34,293 nt of DNA. Source: an uncultured Bdellovibrionales bacterium (lineage in GTDB: Bacteria > Patescibacteriota > Minisyncoccia > Moranbacterales > UBA1568). A program made the translations under genes and the position numbers. The stretch spans positions 1 to 34,293 of the forward strand of contig CAYHND010000002.1 of assembly GCA_964357915.1 (NCBI GenBank), written 5' to 3'. Shown here piece after piece: positions 1 to 5,268 of this stretch (positions are counted from its first letter, which is position 1; the number at the start of each line of letters is the position of its first letter). The notes under the pieces are model-generated. The model did not search any database. It was not told the origin of the DNA and worked only from the letters and a program-made list of their open reading frames with translations.

Positions 1-67
1 ACATTTAGTATACAGTATTTTTTGAAAAAAAGTAGTCAAATTAAAATAGTGTCAAGAGATAGCAAGT

Positions 68-93
68 AAAAAATATTTCTCTAAATATTTTTT
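68..93. repeat. Perfect 11-bp inverted repeat, A/T-only hairpin; function unknown
   Basis: Arms 68-78 (aaaaaatattt) and 83-93 (aaatatttttt) are exact reverse complements with a 4-nt spacer (ctct). The repeat lies in the AT-rich non-coding stretch 1-130. Confidence 0.5.
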
Positions 94-130
94 CGCTCTC
101 AAAAAGTTTGTACCACTTACATCCCTAGAT

Positions 131-163
131 AAAAAAATCCCGCGCAAGCAACGTGCTCACGCG
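131..163 (-). terminator. Rho-independent terminator downstream of the 173..460 gene
   Basis: On the minus-strand RNA, cgcgugagca (163-154) pairs with ugcuugcgcg (150-141): 10 bp including two G-U pairs, with a 3-nt loop. A run of 7 U follows (plus-strand A-run 131-137). The stem begins 10 nt after the TGA stop at 173-175. Confidence 0.7.
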
Positions 164-172
164 AGAAAGGAG

Positions 173-460
173 TCAAAACTTGCGACTAAAGACGAGACCA
201 AAAAGTTGTCGAGGTTCCTTTGTGTAATTCCCTCGAGTCATTGGTGCACTCAACCGATAGTCTTTGGCTCGAAAACGGATGAGACCTCCTTTGAGAGATC
301 CTCCTTCTGTATCCGAGCCAATTACAAATGAAGACTTGGATTCACTTTGGAACTGACCTTTCAAGGGGTTCATTCCAAGCGATTGATTGATAGGTTTTGC
401 CTCTACGGAGAGAGGCAGATAGATGGCGACAAGGCCAACGAAGAAAAAGAACTTCTTCAT
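173..460 (-). CDS. Small secreted protein (95 aa), unknown function
   Basis: N-terminal signal peptide MKKFFFFVGLVAIYLPLSVEA followed by KP. SD GAGGAG lies 9 nt upstream of the ATG. The gene has its own consensus promoter and terminator. No family recognised. Confidence 0.75.
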   Translation of the reverse strand: MKKFFFFVGLVAIYLPLSVEAKPINQSLGMNPLKGQFQSESKSSFVIGSDTEGGSLKGGLIRFRAKDYRLSAPMTRGNYTKEPRQLFGLVFSRKF

Positions 461-519
461 CTTGCTTCACTCCTCTTGAGGTATATGAAAGGGGTATTAA
501 AAATACCTGACTATCTATA

Positions 520-548
520 ATTATACACCTAAAATTAGTATTTGTCAA
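520..548 (-). promoter_or_regulatory. Consensus sigma70-type promoter for the 173..460 gene
   Basis: The minus strand reads TTGACA (548-543), a 17-nt spacer, then TATAAT (525-520). The -35 sits in the loop of an 8-bp inverted repeat (535-542 / 547-554). Confidence 0.7.
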
Positions 549-753
549 TACTAAGGCTCTACTAGGCCACAAAAGCCTTTTTTTGTCTCCGTTGCGCAAA
601 TAAAGGAAAAACCGTACCATTATAGACAGAAGGGGTCGATGGGAAGACGTTTTGTCTCCCTATCGCTTCAACGCAAGCGGCACTTTCAAAATTAAATAAC
701 TTGGATCTGTCGAGTATTTCACAGATCCTCATCTAGAAAGAGAGGTGAACAAC

Positions 754-1350
754 ATGAACGAACACGAACACGAAGAAACCAACTCCACTGGAGCTTGGGT
801 TCAAGAAAACCTCCGTATCATCGTCAGTGTCTTTATCGTAGCCGCTATTGCCCTGGGTATCTATTCATATTCTCAGCGTGCAGAAATTGCGAGCGAAAAC
901 GAAGACATCGCACAACTTCTCGACACCAAGGGTGAAGAAGCTGCAACTACTGAAGATGGTATGACAACCGAAGAAGGTAGTGATGACACAGCGATGAATA
1001 AGGCTGACAAAAAAGATAGCGTCGTCATCACCGAAGAATTGAGCCAAGAAACAGAATCAGCATTTGTCGAAAAGGCTGCCAAGGGTGACGGTACAACCCA
1101 TCTGGCTCGTCGAGCACTCGCTCACTACCTCGAGAAAAATACTGACTCTAGCCTCTCAGCTGAACACAAGGTCTACATTGAAGATTACCTCCGTAAGCAT
1201 GCTGCTCCCAAAGGATCAATGAACCCTGGTGCGTCAGTCGAATTCTCAAAGGCGAGTATCAAAGAAGCTATTGAGAGCTCAAAAAACCTCAATCAGCATC
1301 AACTCAATAACCTCAAGCAGTTCTCACATAAAGTGAGCGCCTACCGTTAA
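754..1350 (+). CDS. Membrane-anchored acidic protein, unknown function
   Basis: The ORF track starts at GTG 745, but the SD GAGAGG (739-744) abuts that codon, so ATG 754 (9-nt spacing) is the likelier start. One TM helix (IIVSVFIVAAIALGIYSY) is followed by a Glu/Asp/Thr-rich spacer and a C-terminal region (GDGTTHLARRALAHYL ... EHKVYIEDYL). TAA stop, followed by a strong terminator. Confidence 0.75.
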   Translation: MNEHEHEETNSTGAWVQENLRIIVSVFIVAAIALGIYSYSQRAEIASENEDIAQLLDTKGEEAATTEDGMTTEEGSDDTAMNKADKKDSVVITEELSQETESAFVEKAAKGDGTTHLARRALAHYLEKNTDSSLSAEHKVYIEDYLRKHAAPKGSMNPGASVEFSKASIKEAIESSKNLNQHQLNNLKQFSHKVSAYR

Positions 1351-1376
1351 GAAATCTATTCCCGTTCTTTCTACAC

Positions 1377-1402
1377 AAAAACCCCGCAACGCGGGGTTTT
1401 TT
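1377..1402. terminator. Bidirectional rho-independent terminator between convergent genes
   Basis: aaaaa-ccccgc-aac-gcgggg-tttttt: a 6-bp GC stem (1382-1387 / 1391-1396) flanked by an A-run and a T-run. It lies between the stops at 1350 (+) and 1419 (-). Confidence 0.85.
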
Positions 1403-1418
1403 GTTGATTTTTGTTAAA

Positions 1419-1910
1419 TTAATCTCCGTGCTGAATCAACTCTACCCGCTGTCCCACCTGGATAGCCTCATTAGGGAGCATCTCTAAGACACTGTCAGCC
1501 TCTACTCTTGGTGTGAGGGTTTCTAATGATTCTGGTGACACATGACTCTCTTTATGGACAATGACCCCCTCTCGAAGCCACAGAATATCAATAGCAAACT
1601 GCATGTCCTTCATCCAAAAACCGTACTGACCAGGGCTCTCAAAGACAAATAGCATTGCACAATCAGAGCAGAGAGAAGCTCTACCAGACAACCCTTGAGC
1701 TCTGGCTTCATGAGTACGACTTACTTCTACGCTACTGTAGATACTCTTCCCTATTTGGAGATGGATACCTTCTGTATGATGATTCACTTCTACTCCTCCA
1801 CGTTCTCTACCATGCTGATGTGGCCACAGAAAAAAAAGACTGGCTACTGCTAGACAGGCACAAAGAAATACTATTTCTTGGGGTCTCCTGTGAGTTTGCT
1901 GGTTTTCCAT
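1419..1910 (-). CDS. DUF192 (COG1430)-like protein with N-terminal membrane anchor
   Basis: Motif pattern GLSGR...L..DCAMLFVF....QYGFWMKDMQFAIDILWL..GVIV matches my recollection of the DUF192 signature. N-terminal hydrophobic segment IVFLCACLAVASLFFLW. The gene overlaps the upstream gene by 40 nt, so the start is uncertain. Confidence 0.7.
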   Translation of the reverse strand: MENQQTHRRPQEIVFLCACLAVASLFFLWPHQHGRERGGVEVNHHTEGIHLQIGKSIYSSVEVSRTHEARAQGLSGRASLCSDCAMLFVFESPGQYGFWMKDMQFAIDILWLREGVIVHKESHVSPESLETLTPRVEADSVLEMLPNEAIQVGQRVELIQHGD

Positions 1911-2902
1911 GCTACGTAGGTGAGAATACTAAAAATGAGCAGTAATATGGCGGTCAAGGCGATAAATTTACTCAGGAGCGTTGTGGAGAGAGCTAATAGA
2001 GCGATAATGGTAGTCACACCATAGAAAAACCATGAAACACGCCGTTCTGACCAACCGAGATCATGTAAACGATAATGCAGATGGCTCTTGTCTGCCTGAA
2101 ACACAGATCGTCGGTGACGCAAGCGATCCAGGATGACCCATAGAGCATCGGCAATAGGTAATGACAGCACCATAAGGGCAGTGGCAATTTTAGTCCCTGA
2201 AATGATAGCCAGAAGAGCAATAAGAAAGCCGAGAAAGAGCGAGCCAGTGGTACCGAGCAAAATACGAGCTGGGTGAAAGTTGAACAACAAAAAACCGAGA
2301 GTGGCTCCCGCGCCGATAAGAGCCAGGATGGCCACTGGTGGCTGATTAACCTCCGGCTTCAGTGCCAAAAGAGCAATAGTGAGGAGTGAGAGGACACTGA
2401 CACCAGAGGCGAGGCCATCAAGACCGTCGAGCCAATTGAGGGCATTCATGACTAGGAGAAACCAAAGTAATGAAAGGAAAACACTCGGCCAGAACCAAAT
2501 CTGGCTGGTAAAAAAGAGGGTTTCTCCAAATGGGATATTGAGTGAGAGGATGCGAATCCCGAAAATAATCATCAAAAGTGAGAGAATGACCTGAAAAGCA
2601 AGCTGTACCCTCCAGTCTTGGGCTTTGAGATCATCCCACAGACCAAAGAAAAAAATGAGAACACTTCCAGCAATCAAACCTAAGATCTCCTTAGAGAGAA
2701 CGAGGTAGGGGTGGAGAAGAACCGTCATGATAAAAGAAGCGATAATAGCCACTCCACCTAAACGCGATAAGTGAGCCTTAAGAGCGTGTCGTGCACCCTG
2801 ACGCCACACTTGTCGGTGAAAAAGCGGCAACAAAAGAAAGAGAAGTACGGTACCAAGTGAAAGGGCGAGGGCTAAGAGAAAAGGTGTTCCGTAAAGAGGC
2901 AT
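1871..2902 (-). CDS. Polyprenyl-phosphate N-acetylhexosamine-1-phosphate transferase family (WecA/MraY superfamily, Glycos_transf_4)
   Basis: Multi-TM protein carrying LWDDLK, NALNWLDGLDGLASG and HLHYRL motifs. It lacks the MraY-type PTMGG motif, so it is WecA/TagO-like. The usual GDxGS motif reads GTTGS here (see findings). Confidence 0.85.
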   Translation of the reverse strand: MPLYGTPFLLALALSLGTVLLFLLLPLFHRQVWRQGARHALKAHLSRLGGVAIIASFIMTVLLHPYLVLSKEILGLIAGSVLIFFFGLWDDLKAQDWRVQLAFQVILSLLMIIFGIRILSLNIPFGETLFFTSQIWFWPSVFLSLLWFLLVMNALNWLDGLDGLASGVSVLSLLTIALLALKPEVNQPPVAILALIGAGATLGFLLFNFHPARILLGTTGSLFLGFLIALLAIISGTKIATALMVLSLPIADALWVILDRLRHRRSVFQADKSHLHYRLHDLGWSERRVSWFFYGVTTIIALLALSTTLLSKFIALTAILLLIFSILTYVAWKTSKLTGDPKK

Positions 2903-2905
2903 GGT

Positions 2906-3298
2906 CTAGTAGTTAATAAAAGCGATACTCGCACTGGCTACTGCTACACCAAAGAGAATAAAGTTAGTGGCCAGAAGAAGAATATAAGCAGCAAAGCGGT
3001 CTTTTTTCTGGTAAAATGAGTAGCCCAAAGCTGTATGAAGAACAAAGAGTACAGTGGCTACTCCTTGGAGAACGTAGGCCTGCCACCAGGCACCTAGAAG
3101 ATCTACTCCAAAATAGACATTGTAGTGTAGAATCAGAGGCGTTTCACGTGGATGAATAAAATAAATCAACATACCCCAACCAGCAAGGAGGAGGAGAAAG
3201 GCCCCTAGAAGAAAGTTTTTAATAAAAGCATTATCAAGAAAAGTAACTCCATTCTCCTCTGGAACCGCTCTCTTGATTATTGTGAATGCTTGTTCCAT
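2906..3298 (-). CDS. Small integral membrane protein (about 3-4 TM), unknown function
   Basis: Hydrophobic helices (FLLGAFLLLLAGWGMLIYFI, VLQGVATVLFVLHTALGY, AAYILLLATNFILFGVAVASASIAF). Packed 3 nt from the downstream gene and 11 nt from rmuC. Confidence 0.7.
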   Translation of the reverse strand: MEQAFTIIKRAVPEENGVTFLDNAFIKNFLLGAFLLLLAGWGMLIYFIHPRETPLILHYNVYFGVDLLGAWWQAYVLQGVATVLFVLHTALGYSFYQKKDRFAAYILLLATNFILFGVAVASASIAFINY

Positions 3299-3309
3299 AT
3301 GCTGTAGGC

Positions 3310-4386
3310 CTATTTAAGTTCTTCACGCTCCCCGTCTGGTAGTGGCGCACCAACACGAGCAGCTTCGAGATAATCACCTACTCGATGAAGGCGTTTCTCG
3401 GCATCATCATACTTCTTATGGGCATTACCGAGATGATTGCCAAGGGTTTCAAATTCTTTGGTGAATTTGTCTTGTTCGCGAGAAAGGCGCTCTAGCTGAT
3501 GCATGATTTCCTTGGCTCGCTTTTCAATTTGCATACCCTGAAGTCCAAAGAGGATAGTGCGCATATAGGCATAGAAAGAGTTCGGTGAGACTGGGATAAC
3601 TCGTCTGTCCGCAAAGTAGGTCATCAGACCCTGTTCATCCTCATCTTTGATGATGGTCTCATAGTAGACGTTCTCAGCTGGTACATACATAAGAGCAAAA
3701 TCCAGCGTGCCCTCAGCTGGCACTATGTACTTGGTCGCTATAGCATCGACGTGTTTTTTGACATCCTGATAAAACTGTTTGCGAGCCGCTTTTTTCTCTA
3801 CTTCGTTTGTCGCAGTCACCACACGTTTGAAGTTTTCTAGAGGAAATTTGGAATCAATACTGATAATACCTCCCTTAAGAAAAATAACTGCATCTACGGC
3901 TTCTCCGCTCTTGAAGGCATACTGGGTAGCAAAATGCTCTTTGGGAAGCATCTGAGTCAACAAATCTTTCAATAAAAGCTCGCCAAAACCACCTCGAATC
4001 TTTGGCGCTTTCAAGATTTCTTGGAGTGAGGCTACTTCTTTGCCGACTTCGAGAATTTTTTCACTTGAGTGCCTCATAGCCTCAAGAGAACGCTGGACAT
4101 CGGCGTACGAACGGGCAGCACCATCAAGACGCTGATCCAAACGCTCTCCGTTATCATGTAAACGCTTATCGAGTGTCGTCTGGAAAGAAGAAAGTTGTTG
4201 GTTCATGGTGACCGAAAGAAACCCCATCTTTTCTTCGAAACTCTGAGTCATTTTTTCGAGACGTTCTTGGTAGAGGGATTCCGTACTCTCACCCACTCCT
4301 CCTGGCTTACGCTGCAAAAGCAAAACGAGCCCATAGAGGAGGCCCGCTATCCCTATGCCAATACTGATATAGATAAAGGCTTCCAT
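3310..4386 (-). CDS. rmuC: DNA recombination protein RmuC
   Basis: N-terminal TM helix and a long coiled coil, then a C-terminal nuclease-like region with DAVIFLKGGIISIDSKFPLENF, FALMYVPAENVYYE and VIPVSPNSFYAY. This is the typical RmuC architecture and motif set. Confidence 0.85.
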   Translation of the reverse strand: MEAFIYISIGIGIAGLLYGLVLLLQRKPGGVGESTESLYQERLEKMTQSFEEKMGFLSVTMNQQLSSFQTTLDKRLHDNGERLDQRLDGAARSYADVQRSLEAMRHSSEKILEVGKEVASLQEILKAPKIRGGFGELLLKDLLTQMLPKEHFATQYAFKSGEAVDAVIFLKGGIISIDSKFPLENFKRVVTATNEVEKKAARKQFYQDVKKHVDAIATKYIVPAEGTLDFALMYVPAENVYYETIIKDEDEQGLMTYFADRRVIPVSPNSFYAYMRTILFGLQGMQIEKRAKEIMHQLERLSREQDKFTKEFETLGNHLGNAHKKYDDAEKRLHRVGDYLEAARVGAPLPDGEREELK

Positions 4387-4398
4387 CAGTTTTTCCTA

Positions 4399-5004
4399 TT
4401 ATTTTTTAAGCCCGGCAATAAAACGCTTAAGTTCGGGCACTTTGTTGATGACTTCTTCATAGGGATTTTCCAGAAATTCCATGAAAAAACGGTCAAGCAT
4501 ATTTAGTCTATAGTGGAGTTCTTCAGCATTCATCAAGAAAAAACGGATTTCCTTGCCCACTTCTGCTTCGAGATGGGCAATAGCGTGCTTGAGCTTAGTG
4601 CGGTTCTCATTGTTGACCACCAAGACCATATCTACTTTACTCTTCGGGTTATTGATGAAAAGTCCGCTAATCAAAATCAGTTTCACTTCACCAACTACCT
4701 TGAGCTTACGAAAAATCTGTGACTGAGCATGCACATTGAGTTTGGAAACCAGACTATGAAGCTCGGTGTGAAAAGGAAAGTTTTCATTCAAAACATACAC
4801 TTTTTTCCCTTTGCGTATTTTTTCAATCAGAAACTTCATCTTTACCAATTTGGTAATCTCACGAGCAATATCTTTTCTTGGAACTAAGGTCTTCTGAGAG
4901 ACGATGGTAGCGCTAAACTCAACGCCTGGATTCAAGAGAAAGAAACGGAGTAAACGTGCGCGTGCTTTCGATCCGAACAGTGTATCAAAGAGTGCTAGTG
5001 ACAT
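4399..5004 (-). CDS. Winged-helix (ArsR/MarR-like) DNA-binding protein with unassigned C-terminal domain
   Basis: The N-terminus LFGSKARARLLRFFLLNPGVEFSATIVSQKTLVPRKDIAREITKLVKMKFL has a wHTH pattern. The C-terminal half (LILISGLFINNPKSKVDMVLVV...) loosely resembles a degenerate minimal nucleotidyltransferase, which is low-confidence inference. First gene of the 5004->1419 operon. Confidence 0.65.
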   Translation of the reverse strand: MSLALFDTLFGSKARARLLRFFLLNPGVEFSATIVSQKTLVPRKDIAREITKLVKMKFLIEKIRKGKKVYVLNENFPFHTELHSLVSKLNVHAQSQIFRKLKVVGEVKLILISGLFINNPKSKVDMVLVVNNENRTKLKHAIAHLEAEVGKEIRFFLMNAEELHYRLNMLDRFFMEFLENPYEEVINKVPELKRFIAGLKK

Positions 5005-5049
5005 AGTATAAATACAGAATTAATCCGCCTTTTAGGCCTCCTAAGGGCA

Positions 5050-5078
5050 AGTATACTGGCAAAAGAGATGAGCGTCAA
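5050..5078 (-). promoter_or_regulatory. Sigma70-type promoter of the wHTH-rmuC-membrane-wecA-like-DUF192 operon
   Basis: The minus strand reads TTGACG (5078-5073), a 17-nt spacer, then TATACT (5055-5050), about 45 nt upstream of ATG 5004. Confidence 0.65.
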
Positions 5079-5251
5079 AAAAGGCTCTTGCCAAAACTCC
5101 ATAGAAATGGTGGGGCTTTGGGTTTTTAGGCGAAATGACGCTGCCTAAGCATCACAGAGACGGAGCTCGTTGAAAGTAGCATGTCTTATTTTTGGCTCAA
5201 AGTAAGTACAAAGTCTTTCTTACCTACCTGTTCCAAACTGTGGTGCTGGGG

Positions 5252-5257
5252 TATAAT
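5252..5257 (+). promoter_or_regulatory. Candidate -10 box (TATAAT) 11 nt upstream of ATG 5269
   Basis: ggggTATAATtatagaagaatATG. No good -35 is present (best 3/6) and there is no SD, which implies a very short or absent leader. Confidence 0.4.
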
Positions 5258-5268
5258 TATAGAAGAAT

